Shown here piece by piece: positions 1-11,251 of a stretch of DNA of 64,000 bases. A program made the position numbers and the translations under genes. Below the pieces are notes generated by a model. It had not been told where the DNA came from. It saw only the letters and a program-made list of their open reading frames with translations, and ran no database searches. Origin of the DNA: Xenophilus azovorans DSM 13620 (GTDB lineage: Bacteria; Pseudomonadota; Gammaproteobacteria; Burkholderiales; Burkholderiaceae_C); assembly GCF_000745855.1 (NCBI RefSeq), contig NZ_JQKD01000034.1, positions 1 through 64,000 of the forward strand. The letters are read 5' to 3'. Positions within the stretch are counted from its first letter, which is position 1; the number at the start of each line of letters is the position of its first letter.

Positions 1-161
1 GAAAAAACCCAGCCTTCTCGCGAACCACGAGTACTTCTGTGCTTGAAGTACTGCTCTCCACGATAGGAGAATAAAAAAACCAGCAGCGACAACAGCTTAC
101 CGAGCCGCGAACCTTCACTGGGTTGCGGCGATCGCTCAGGGTTCGCAAGTGATTGTGGACT

Positions 162-452
162 TCAGAAAACCAAAGGTGCGTTCAGATCGAGAACCGGCTT
201 GGCCCCGATGTGCTCTACCTTGCTCTGCCACTGTCTGCCCAGGTAGTAGAAGCGCAAACTGTCCTGGGTGGTGTCGATGATCTGCACCAGCCGGTGCTTC
301 AAGGCGACCCATTGCGCAGGGTCCACCTCGATCTCGAAGACGGAGAACTGTACCCGCTGTCCATAGTCCAGGCAGGCCCTGGCGATGCGTCGCAGCCGAC
401 GCGCGCCCGCCTTGTCCTGGGTGCTGACGTCATAGCTGACCAAGACCATCAT
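162..452 (-). CDS. cas2: CRISPR-associated endoribonuclease Cas2
   Basis: 96-aa ORF. N-terminus MMVLVSYDVS..AGARRLRRIARACLDYGQRVQFSVFE is typical Cas2. Last gene of the cas operon, 9 nt after cas1. Confidence 0.9.
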   Translation of the reverse strand: MMVLVSYDVSTQDKAGARRLRRIARACLDYGQRVQFSVFEIEVDPAQWVALKHRLVQIIDTTQDSLRFYYLGRQWQSKVEHIGAKPVLDLNAPLVF

Positions 453-461
453 GGGCGCACC

Positions 462-1535
462 TCATTTCCACAGGAAGGGCGGATAGGCGTCCAGGTCACC
501 GCGCAGATGGCGGGCCAGCAGTTGCGCCTGAATGAAGGGAAACAGCCCGATGGCCGCCTTTTCCTCGACGAAGACATGACGCAGTTCCTCGCGCTTGCGC
601 TCCTGGTAGGCCGTCAGCACGGTCTTGCGCGATGTCTCCGTCAGCAGCACGGCGCCGTTGTCCATGTATTGGAAATCCCGCTCACCGATCTGCTTGCGGT
701 TGATCAGCGACAGCGCCAACCGGTCCGCCAGCAGCGGGCGAAACTCCTCGAGCAGGTCCAGTGCAAGGCTGGGCCGGCCGGGCCGGTCCCGATGCAAGAA
801 GCCGACGGCCGGATCCAGGCCCACGCTCTCCAGGGCTGAGCGGCAGTCGTGCGTGACTAGCGTGTAGAGAAAGGACAGCAACGCATTGACCGCATCGCGC
901 GGTGGCCTGCGGCTGCGGCCTTGAAAGCGCATGGCTGGGTTGTCGATACGGATCAAATGGTCGAACACGCCGAAATACGCCTGCGCGGCTTCGCCTTCGT
1001 AGCCACGCAGCAGATTCAGGTCCGTTTCCGGCATGAGCTTGTCGGCCAGCCGGTCCAGCCGTCGATGAGCGTGGGTCAGCGCGGCTTCGTCGTCGGGCCT
1101 GAGCTTGTCGCCGTGGTCGCGCAGAGCCCGACCCAGCACGGCGCGCTGGTTGTGCAGCTTGCCCAGCAGCACGTTGCGCACGATGGCCGCACAGCGCTGC
1201 GGATCGTCGGTGGCGCGGTACTGCTGGCGGCGCAGCAGCACGTTGCCGGAGACCGGCCCTTCCACGCGCGCCAGAAAGCGCCCGTTGGGCGTGAGAAAGC
1301 TCGTGCAGATGCCTTGCTCCGCGCAGTAGCCGAGCAAGGGCGGCGACACCAGCACGCGCCCGAAGCAGACCAGGCTTTCGAGCATGTGCACGGGCAGCCG
1401 GGCGCGCTCCTGCTGTTCCACTTCCATGACGATGTTGGCCCCATCCTTGCGCAGCCAGGCGCCTTCGGTGGTCACGTACAGGGTGTTCAGTTGTCTTCGC
1501 ACGGCGCGCCTTTCGCTTCCGTTTCCTGACGCCAT
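462..1535 (-). CDS. cas1: CRISPR-associated endonuclease Cas1, type I-C
   Basis: Track ORF 462..1802 trimmed to the internal Met (MASGNGSERRAVRRQLNTLYVTTEGAWLRKDG), which matches the Cas1 N-terminus. About 357 aa. Overlaps the cas4 3' end. Confidence 0.88.
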   Translation of the reverse strand: MASGNGSERRAVRRQLNTLYVTTEGAWLRKDGANIVMEVEQQERARLPVHMLESLVCFGRVLVSPPLLGYCAEQGICTSFLTPNGRFLARVEGPVSGNVLLRRQQYRATDDPQRCAAIVRNVLLGKLHNQRAVLGRALRDHGDKLRPDDEAALTHAHRRLDRLADKLMPETDLNLLRGYEGEAAQAYFGVFDHLIRIDNPAMRFQGRSRRPPRDAVNALLSFLYTLVTHDCRSALESVGLDPAVGFLHRDRPGRPSLALDLLEEFRPLLADRLALSLINRKQIGERDFQYMDNGAVLLTETSRKTVLTAYQERKREELRHVFVEEKAAIGLFPFIQAQLLARHLRGDLDAYPPFLWK

Positions 1536-2146
1536 TGCGCCGCCAGCCAGTCGTTGACGCTGCGCGTGCGCCCCAGCAGCTTGGGTTGGCACAGATCCAG
1601 CAGAGAACACGCGTCGCAGCGCCGTCGGTCGTAGCGGGCCGTGGGTGTGACGCCGGCCGCCAGCATGGTTCGCACGGCGGCGATGGTGTTCAGCGTCAAT
1701 TGCCGCAGCGGGGCATCGAACGGCACATCGGTGCGGCGGCGGGTCTGCCCGTAGTACAGCGCGCCGGCGGGGACGGTTTGCCCCAGCATGGATTCCAGGC
1801 ACAGGGCCTGGGCGCAGAGTTGGACTTCGTCGGCCTGGTGGGCCTTGGGACGGCCGCGCTTGTACTCGACCGGGAAGGCGCGTTCCCCATCTGCCGTCTG
1901 GTGGAACTCCACCACGTCGGCGATGCCCGTGATGCCCAACTCAGGCGCAGCCAGCGGCATGGCCAGGACCGTGCGCACGCCCTTGCGGCGCTCGATCCTG
2001 GGTTTGTCGGCCTTCTCGTGCAGCACGCGGCCTTCGGCCGTGTGCCGGTTCTCCTCCCAAAGCTGCTCCACATGGATCAGCGCGCACTGCCGCGGACAGT
2101 ACAGGTGGTGCTGCAGGGCAGAGAGGGGGATGGCGTCGTCATCCAT
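1487..2146 (-). CDS. cas4: CRISPR-associated exonuclease Cas4 (RecB-like nuclease with C-terminal Cys cluster)
   Basis: 219 aa with YCPRQCALIH and C-terminal CDAC..C motifs characteristic of Cas4. Sits between cas7c and cas1. Confidence 0.85.
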   Translation of the reverse strand: MDDDAIPLSALQHHLYCPRQCALIHVEQLWEENRHTAEGRVLHEKADKPRIERRKGVRTVLAMPLAAPELGITGIADVVEFHQTADGERAFPVEYKRGRPKAHQADEVQLCAQALCLESMLGQTVPAGALYYGQTRRRTDVPFDAPLRQLTLNTIAAVRTMLAAGVTPTARYDRRRCDACSLLDLCQPKLLGRTRSVNDWLAAQWRQETEAKGAPCEDN

Positions 2147-2171
2147 CGCCAGGCCCCTCGCGCAGGTGGCT

Positions 2172-3049
2172 TCAGATCAGCTCGCGCACCGTCACGCCGG
2201 CCGGAATGGCCGCGCGGTCGATGCTCACCTCATAGTCCGCATAGGCACGCGGTGCTGCGGCCTCGTCGCCCCGCGCGGGCTGCACCTTGACGGCGTCGAA
2301 CAGCACGTGCGCGGGTGCGTTGCCCATTGCGCTTTCGTGCTCGAACACGATGAGCTTGCGCGCGGCCATCTCGCCGCGGGCGGCGGAGCGATCGTGCTCG
2401 AACATGTTGATGAGCGCGCGCCAGAACAGATCGAGATCCTCGTTCGAGAAGCCCGTGCGCTCGGCCAGCTTGGCCGAGATGAAGCCATGAGCGCGGTACA
2501 GGCCATAGGGAATGATGTGCTTTCGGCCCATGGTGCGGTTGTCGCCGCTCTGGGCTTCAGCTTCCTTCTCGGTGGTCACGGCCATGCGGGTGATAGAAAT
2601 CTCCAGCGGCACCACCGGGTCGATGGAGGTGGCGAAAGCCATCTGGATCGGCCCGCGCACCTGGCCCGCGTTCACGCCCGTGGTCATCACGGCGCCGAAG
2701 CTGCGGATGTCGAAGAAGTTGGCGCACATCCAGGCCGTGATCTCGCGCGCCTTGTCCTTGTCCCTGGGCAGCTTCTTGTCCTCGGGCTTGACGTCGATGG
2801 CGTCATAAGCCTTGCGGTGCTGGTTGTTCAGGATCTCCTTTTCCTGCATGTAGATCGCGTAGCCTGCGGCACCCTCCTTGTCCAGGCTCACGAAGTTGCG
2901 GACCTTGCGCTTGAGGCACACGTCCGTGACGAGCCCTCGATTGGTCTCTGGGTCCAGGCGCGGTAGGTTGCCCGCGTCGGGGTCGCCGTTGGGGTTGCCG
3001 TTGGTGATGTCGAACAAGTAGACGAATTCGTAGCGATGGGCGATGGCGG

Positions 3050-3053
<4 letters not shown>
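2172..3053 (-). CDS. cas7: Type I-C Cascade backbone subunit Cas7c (Csd2)
   Basis: 293 aa. N-terminus [47 protein letters not shown] is a Csd2 hallmark. ATGA overlap with cas8c. Confidence 0.9.
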
Positions 3054-5562
<2,509 letters not shown>

Positions 5563-5584
5563 TCAGATGTTCGTTTACAAAATA

Positions 5585-7882
5585 TTACCAGCTCAAGAGA
5601 TCCGGGCGGATGAGCGTTGGGTTATCCCAACTCAGGCCGAAATGCGGGTCGTACAAACCCTCGTGCGCCAGCACCATGAACTGATCGCCCCATTTCTCTG
5701 GCGTCACCGAAATTACGGCCCCCGCCTTGTAGAGGGCATCGAAGCCCTGACGTGGCAACTGCACCAGATAGGGCTGAAGCTTGCGTGCCAGACCTGCACA
5801 ACCTTGGGCATACGTCAGGGCATCGATGACCTTTTTCGCGTCATCGTCATACGGCACGATGACTGGCATCTGCACGCTGTCGATCATGCGGAACTTGGCG
5901 GCCAGAGTTTCCATGGGCAGGCTGTCGGGGCGGCTGTCCCTGAGCTGACCCATGAGGTTGGGCTCGTCGAGCCGCTCGCTGCCCTTTTGCCAGTACAGCA
6001 GCGAGAAGTAGCGTTCAATGGCCTCGGGCAAGAGCGGATCGTCTTCGCATTGGCGCAAGACTTCGCGGGCAGCCTGGGCATATTGTTTGAGTTCAGGAGG
6101 CGGTGCCCAGTCCTCGTTCTCCGTTGCGAACACCAGAACGTCGCTGGCGTTGAGGGCACGCCTTCCCTCGCGATTGCAGCGGCCGGCGGCCTGGGCAATC
6201 GAGTCCAAGCCTGCTTCGGCGCGCAGCACCGTGGGGAAATCGACGTCGACGCCAGCCTCAATGAGGCTGGTGCTCACCAGCCGGCAGGGTAGTCCCTCCT
6301 TGAGCATCTGCCGCACCTCGGCCAGCACCTTGCTGCGATGCTTGGCGCACATCAGCGTAGTCAGATGTCGGGCGCCCGGCAGATCGGCCATGGCCTGATA
6401 AACGGCGCGCGCGTGGCGGCGGTTGTTGACGATGCACAGCACCTGTTCGCGCGAGCGCATGTGCTCGGCCAGTGCTTCGTCGCTCAGGGTGCCGATATGC
6501 CGCACGCGTACCCGTTCCAGTTGCCTGAACAACTGCGTCGGCTCGTGCGTCAGCTCGCGTACGTCCGTCAAGCCGCCCTCGAACGCCGGCGCCTCCAGTG
6601 CCGGCTGCGTGGCCGTGCACAGCACCACGCTGCTGCGGTAGTTGCGTGCGAGTTCGTCGATCGCCGCCACGCAGGGGCGCAGCAGCTTCAGCGGCATGGT
6701 CTGTGCCTCGTCGAGCACGACCACGCTGCCCGCGATGTTGTGCAGCTTGCGGCACTGCGAGGGCTTGGCCGCGAACAGGCTTTCGAAGAACTGCACGGCG
6801 GTGGTGACGACGATGGGCGCGTCCCAGTTCTCCATGGCCAGCTTCAGCTTCTCCAGGGACTGGTAGCGCTCGGGGTCGTCGCGCGGCGGGTCGGCCTGCA
6901 CGAAGGCGCTGTGGTGTTCGAGCACGGCCGCCTCGCCCAGCGGCCCCAGGGCCTGGCGGAACACCGCGGCGTTCTGCTCGACGATGCTGGTGAACGGGAT
7001 CACGAAGATCACGCGCCGCAGCCCGTGCGCGATGGCGTGGTCCAGCGCGAAGGCCAGCGAGGCGAGGGTCTTGCCGCCGCCGGTCGGTACGGTCAGCGAG
7101 AACAGGCCGGGATCGCGTGCGGCCTGCTGGCGGACGTGGCGCAGGATGTCGCTGCGCAATCGGTTGACCTCGCTGTCGGCCTTGAATTGGCCGAGATGGC
7201 TGTCGAGCTGGCTGCGTAGCGCCTCCAGCGGCGGCGCGGGTGGGCCCGAGTTGCGGTGATCGGGCTCATTCTCCGCTTGGCGGTAGAAGCGCTCGGTATC
7301 GATGAAGTCCGCATCGACCAGGCACGAGAACAGCATGCGCGTGAGAAATGCCAGTTGGAAGGGCTGGCGATCCTTGGCTTGCTGGCGAGTCTCGCCATAG
7401 AACTTGAAGCCCGATGGCAGGCCGAGTTTGTCGGGCAGGGCGATGTCCCGCTCCCAGACGGGATCGAGCACGGGCAGGTCCGCGCTGCGAAGGCGATCCG
7501 CCAGTGCGGTGCGTTCGCCTTCGCCCTGGCCGTTGGCCAGTCCGGCATGGTGTCCTGCGATGCCATAGGCCAGCAGCTGTCCGGCCAACCCGAAGCGCTG
7601 CTGCGCGATGATGCGTGCGCCATGGGTCGAATGATCGACGCGCAAGGGGCTGCCGCGCAGCCGTTCCTGGAAGGGCAGGGTGTACTTGCCCAGGTCGTGA
7701 AGCCAGCCCTGCACGGTAGCCAGCATCTGGGCATCGAAGACGCTGGCGAATGCGCCGGCAGCCGCGCCGACGTTCAGGAGGTGCGCCGGCAAGGGTTGCC
7801 AGAACCGCTCGTCCTCGCCTGGCAGTGAGTGCGCGAAGTACGTGGTTGCCGATGTGCCGCGGCTGCAGCCTTTTTCGTCCAT
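5585..7882 (-). CDS. cas3: CRISPR-associated helicase/nuclease Cas3 (HD nuclease + SF2 helicase)
   Basis: 765 aa. N-terminal HD region (HSLPGEDERFWQPLPAHLLNV..LHDLGKYT), DEAQ helicase motif and PTGGGKT P-loop. First gene of the cas operon. Confidence 0.9.
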   Translation of the reverse strand: MDEKGCSRGTSATTYFAHSLPGEDERFWQPLPAHLLNVGAAAGAFASVFDAQMLATVQGWLHDLGKYTLPFQERLRGSPLRVDHSTHGARIIAQQRFGLAGQLLAYGIAGHHAGLANGQGEGERTALADRLRSADLPVLDPVWERDIALPDKLGLPSGFKFYGETRQQAKDRQPFQLAFLTRMLFSCLVDADFIDTERFYRQAENEPDHRNSGPPAPPLEALRSQLDSHLGQFKADSEVNRLRSDILRHVRQQAARDPGLFSLTVPTGGGKTLASLAFALDHAIAHGLRRVIFVIPFTSIVEQNAAVFRQALGPLGEAAVLEHHSAFVQADPPRDDPERYQSLEKLKLAMENWDAPIVVTTAVQFFESLFAAKPSQCRKLHNIAGSVVVLDEAQTMPLKLLRPCVAAIDELARNYRSSVVLCTATQPALEAPAFEGGLTDVRELTHEPTQLFRQLERVRVRHIGTLSDEALAEHMRSREQVLCIVNNRRHARAVYQAMADLPGARHLTTLMCAKHRSKVLAEVRQMLKEGLPCRLVSTSLIEAGVDVDFPTVLRAEAGLDSIAQAAGRCNREGRRALNASDVLVFATENEDWAPPPELKQYAQAAREVLRQCEDDPLLPEAIERYFSLLYWQKGSERLDEPNLMGQLRDSRPDSLPMETLAAKFRMIDSVQMPVIVPYDDDAKKVIDALTYAQGCAGLARKLQPYLVQLPRQGFDALYKAGAVISVTPEKWGDQFMVLAHEGLYDPHFGLSWDNPTLIRPDLLSW

Positions 7883-7963
7883 GGCTTTGTTCTCCCTCGT
7901 GTCATGGATGCTAGGCGGGGGGTGAATCGCAGCTGCTGGGGGAAAACCAGCGGCCCCGCGCCT

Positions 7964-8398
7964 TCACGCCTGCCGCCGGTCCAGCTTGCGGCTGAGCACG
8001 ATCGAGGTCTGCGTGTGGTCCACGCCCTCGGTCTGGCCGATGCGGTCGAGCAGGGCGTCCAGCTGCTCGTGCGTCTCGCAGCGCAGGAAGGCCAGGACGT
8101 CGAACTGGCCGCTGACGGTGAAGACTTCCTCCACCTCGGGCAGCCGCTCCAGCGCGCGCAGCACCGCCGCGTTGCTGCGCGGCTGCACGCTCAGCGCGCA
8201 CCAGGCGCGCACCGCGCCCTGTTCCAGCCGCCGGCCCAGGCGCACGCCGTAGCCGGCCACCACGCCTTGCCGCTCCAGCCGCGCGATGCGCGCCACCACG
8301 GTGGTGCGCGCCAGGCCGAGCCGGCGCGCCAGCTCGGCCGTGGGCGCGCGCGCATTGGCCTGCAGCAGGGCGAGCAGGCGGCGGTCGGTGTCGTCCAT
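7964..8398 (-). CDS. Lrp/AsnC family transcriptional regulator
   Basis: Track ORF trimmed to MDDTDRRLLALLQANARAPTAELARRLGL (HTH_AsnC). C-terminal RAM-domain-like region. Divergent from the lysine catabolic genes. Confidence 0.8.
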   Translation of the reverse strand: MDDTDRRLLALLQANARAPTAELARRLGLARTTVVARIARLERQGVVAGYGVRLGRRLEQGAVRAWCALSVQPRSNAAVLRALERLPEVEEVFTVSGQFDVLAFLRCETHEQLDALLDRIGQTEGVDHTQTSIVLSRKLDRRQA

Positions 8399-8528
8399 GA
8401 CGACGGAATGTAGGAGCCGGTCGCCGTTTCGACAAACACGAAGGCGTTCTTCGACGGATCGGGGGCTGCGGATCGTCGGCACTCCGGCCTAGCATCGAGG
8501 CACCTGCCGCTGCTTCGAGGAGCCTGTC

Positions 8529-9683
8529 ATGACCGCCTCCACCGCCTCTCGATCCGCCGCCGTGCCGGTCGCCGTGCTCGGCGCCGGCCGCATGGGCCTG
8601 GCCATCGCGCGGATGCTGCGCCATGCCGGCGGCTACACGCTGCGCGTGGCCGACCGCGACCCGGCGCGGCTGGCGCTGGCCGCGGCGCTGGGCTGCGAGA
8701 CGCTGGCGCTGGACGGCCACGACGCCGCCGCGCTGGCGCGCGCGGTGCGCGGCTGCCACGCCGCGCTCAACGCGCTGCCCTTCCACTGCGCGGTAGACGC
8801 GGCCACCGCCTGCCGGCAGGCCGGCGTGCACTACTTCGACCTGACCGAGGACGTGCCGAGCACCCGCGCCATCCAGGCGCTGGCCGAGGGCGCGCGCACG
8901 GTGCTGATGCCGCAGTGCGGGCTGGCGCCGGGCTTCGTCGGCGTGCTGGGCCATGCGCTGGCGGCGCGCTTCGACCAGCCTGCCGCGCTGCACCTGCGCG
9001 TGGGCGCGCTGCCGCGCCGGCCCGACAACGCGCTGCGCTACAAGCTCACCTGGAGCACCGAGGGGCTGATCAACGAGTACTGCAACCCCTGCGAGGCCAT
9101 CGCCGGCGGCCGGCGCGTCGAGTTGCCGGCGCTCGAAGGACTGGAGCGGCTGGTGCTGGACGGCGTGGCCTACGAGGCCTTCAACACCTCCGGCGGGCTC
9201 GGCACGCTGACGCACACGCTGCCGGCCTCGGTACGGCGAGCCGACTACAAGTCGATCCGCTACCCGGGGCACGGCGCCATCATGAAGCTGCTGCTGAACG
9301 ACCTGCGCCTGCGCGAGCGGCGCGACCTGCTGCGCGAGATCTTCGAGTCGGCCCTGGGCACCACGCTGGACGACGTGGTGCTGATCGCGGCGCGCGCCAG
9401 CGGCCTGCGCGGCGGCCGGCCGGCGCGCGAACGCTTCTCGGTGCGCATCCTGGGCGCCGAACTCGACGGACACGCGCTGTCGGCCATCCAGCGCTGCACG
9501 GCCGCCGGCATCTGCGCGGCGCTCGACCTGGTGGTGCAGGGCGTGCTGCCGCAGGCCGGTTTCGTCGGCCCGCAGCAGGTGCCGCTGGCGGCGCTGCTGG
9601 CCAACCGCTTCGGTGCCGTCTACGCCGAACGTGCGCCGCAGGCGCCCGGTGCCGGCCGTGCCGAGAAGGAGTTCGCACCATGA
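8529..9683 (+). CDS. Saccharopine dehydrogenase family oxidoreductase (candidate L-lysine 6-dehydrogenase)
   Basis: 384 aa. N-terminal Rossmann fold (VAVLGAGRMGLAIARML). Family resemblance plus ATGA coupling to an ALDH7-type P6C dehydrogenase and a divergent Lrp regulator. Confidence 0.65.
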   Translation: MTASTASRSAAVPVAVLGAGRMGLAIARMLRHAGGYTLRVADRDPARLALAAALGCETLALDGHDAAALARAVRGCHAALNALPFHCAVDAATACRQAGVHYFDLTEDVPSTRAIQALAEGARTVLMPQCGLAPGFVGVLGHALAARFDQPAALHLRVGALPRRPDNALRYKLTWSTEGLINEYCNPCEAIAGGRRVELPALEGLERLVLDGVAYEAFNTSGGLGTLTHTLPASVRRADYKSIRYPGHGAIMKLLLNDLRLRERRDLLREIFESALGTTLDDVVLIAARASGLRGGRPARERFSVRILGAELDGHALSAIQRCTAAGICAALDLVVQGVLPQAGFVGPQQVPLAALLANRFGAVYAERAPQAPGAGRAEKEFAP

Positions 9684-11224
9684 CCGCTGCCCCTCATCCC
9701 GAATTGCAGGCCCTGTTCGATGCGCTGGGCCTGACGCTGCCGGCTGCGGCCGCCGATGCGGCGACGGCCTGGTCCGTGCGTTCGCCGGTCGATGGCGCCC
9801 TGCTGGCCTGGCTGCCGCGCACCGGCGAGCGGGCGCAGCAGGCCTCGGCCGAAGCCGCCGCGGCTGCCCAGTCGCGCTGGGCGGCTCTGCCGGCGCCCGC
9901 GCGCGGCCAGGCGGTGCGCGCCTTCGGAGAGCAACTGCGCCGGCACCGCGACACGCTGGGCCGGCTGGTGACGCTGGAGACCGGCAAGATCACCGCCGAG
10001 GGCCGCGGCGAGGTGCAGGAGATGATCGACATCTGCGACTTTGCGCTGGGCCTGTCGCGCCAGTTGCATGGCCGCGTCATCGCTTCCGAGCGCGCCGAGC
10101 ACAAGATGCTGGAGACTTGGCACCCCTTCGGCGTCTGCGGCGTGATCTCGGCCTTCAACTTCCCGGCGGCGGTGTGGTCCTGGAATGCGGCGCTGGCGCT
10201 GGTGTGCGGCAATGCCGTGGTGTGGAAGCCCTCCGAGAAGGCGCCGCTGTCGGCGCTGGCGGCGCACGGGCTGCTGCTGCGCGCACTGGGCGAGGCCGTG
10301 CCGGGGCATGAGGCGGTCGCGCAGCTCTGGCTGGGCGGGCGCGAGGCCGGCGAGGCGCTGGTGGCGCACCCGGCGGTGCGGCTGGTCAGCGCCACCGGCT
10401 CCACCGGCATGGGGCGTGCGGTGGGCGTCGCCTGTGCGCAGCACTTCAAGCGCAGCATCCTCGAGCTGGGCGGCAACAACGCCGCCATCGTGCGCCCCAG
10501 CGCCGACCTGGCACTGGCTGCGCGCGCCATCGTGTTCGCCGCCGCTGGCACCGCCGGCCAGCGCTGCACCACGCTGCGGCGCGCCTTCGTGCATCCCGAC
10601 GTGTACGAGCCGCTGCGCGAGCGGCTGCAGCGCGCCTACACCTCGCTGCGCGTCGGCCATCCGGCGGCCGGGGGCACGCTGGTCGGCCCGCTGATCGACG
10701 GCGCCGCCTTCGAGGCCATGCAGCGCACGCTGGCCGAGTGCCGCGATGTGCACGGCAACCGCGTGTGGGGCGGCGAGCGCGTCGCTGTGCCCGGCTGCGA
10801 GGGCGGCTTCTACGTCCGCCCCGCGCTGGTGGAGACCGAGGTGCAGCATGCCGCCATGCTGCGCGAGACCTTCGCGCCCATCCTGTACCTGCAGCGCGTC
10901 GCCGCCCTGGAGGAGGCGATCGCGCTGAACAACGCCGCCGCGCACGGCCTGTCCTCGTGCATCTTCACCGAGTCGCTGCGCGAGGCCGAGCAGTTCATGT
11001 CGCAGGCCGGCAGCGACTGCGGCATCGCCAACGTCAACATCGGCACCAGCGGTGCCGAGATCGGCGGCGCCTTCGGCGGCGAGAAGGACACCGGCGGCGG
11101 CCGCGAGTCGGGCTCCGACGCCTGGAAGGGCTACATGCGCCGCGCCACCAACACCATCAACTACGGCCGCGCGCTGCCGCTGGCGCAGGGGGTGCGCTTC
11201 GAGGTGGACGGCGCCGGCGGGTAG
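9680..11224 (+). CDS. Aldehyde dehydrogenase, ALDH7/AmaB type (piperideine-6-carboxylate / alpha-aminoadipic semialdehyde dehydrogenase)
   Basis: 514 aa. ALDH motifs (FELGGNNA..., catalytic Cys in GQRCTT). C-terminus EIGGAFGGEKDTGGGRESGSDAWKGYMRR is typical of the ALDH7 family. Confidence 0.85.
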   Translation: MTAAPHPELQALFDALGLTLPAAAADAATAWSVRSPVDGALLAWLPRTGERAQQASAEAAAAAQSRWAALPAPARGQAVRAFGEQLRRHRDTLGRLVTLETGKITAEGRGEVQEMIDICDFALGLSRQLHGRVIASERAEHKMLETWHPFGVCGVISAFNFPAAVWSWNAALALVCGNAVVWKPSEKAPLSALAAHGLLLRALGEAVPGHEAVAQLWLGGREAGEALVAHPAVRLVSATGSTGMGRAVGVACAQHFKRSILELGGNNAAIVRPSADLALAARAIVFAAAGTAGQRCTTLRRAFVHPDVYEPLRERLQRAYTSLRVGHPAAGGTLVGPLIDGAAFEAMQRTLAECRDVHGNRVWGGERVAVPGCEGGFYVRPALVETEVQHAAMLRETFAPILYLQRVAALEEAIALNNAAAHGLSSCIFTESLREAEQFMSQAGSDCGIANVNIGTSGAEIGGAFGGEKDTGGGRESGSDAWKGYMRRATNTINYGRALPLAQGVRFEVDGAGG

Positions 11225-11251
11225 CCGTTCCGGAAGGCGGCGCGGCCGGGG

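Noticed and set aside
1-161. Search for CRISPR repeats downstream of cas2 inside the window
   Set aside because: No direct repeat of about 28-37 bp recurs in these 161 bp, so no CRISPR feature is called. The region is treated only as a probable leader.
462-1802. Extended 446-aa version of Cas1 (and the similar 682-aa version of Cas8c, 3050..5098)
   Set aside because: The N-terminal extensions are Pro/Arg/Ala-rich with no homology. Conserved Cas1 (..LNTLYVTT..) and Cas8c ([10 protein letters not shown]..) N-termini begin at internal Met codons, and the extensions would overlap the upstream genes extensively.
7911-9473. 520-aa minus-strand ORF covering the Lrp and lysine dehydrogenase region
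   Set aside because: It overlaps two genes with clear family signatures on their own frames or strands, and its composition is Arg/Ala/Gly-rich junk.
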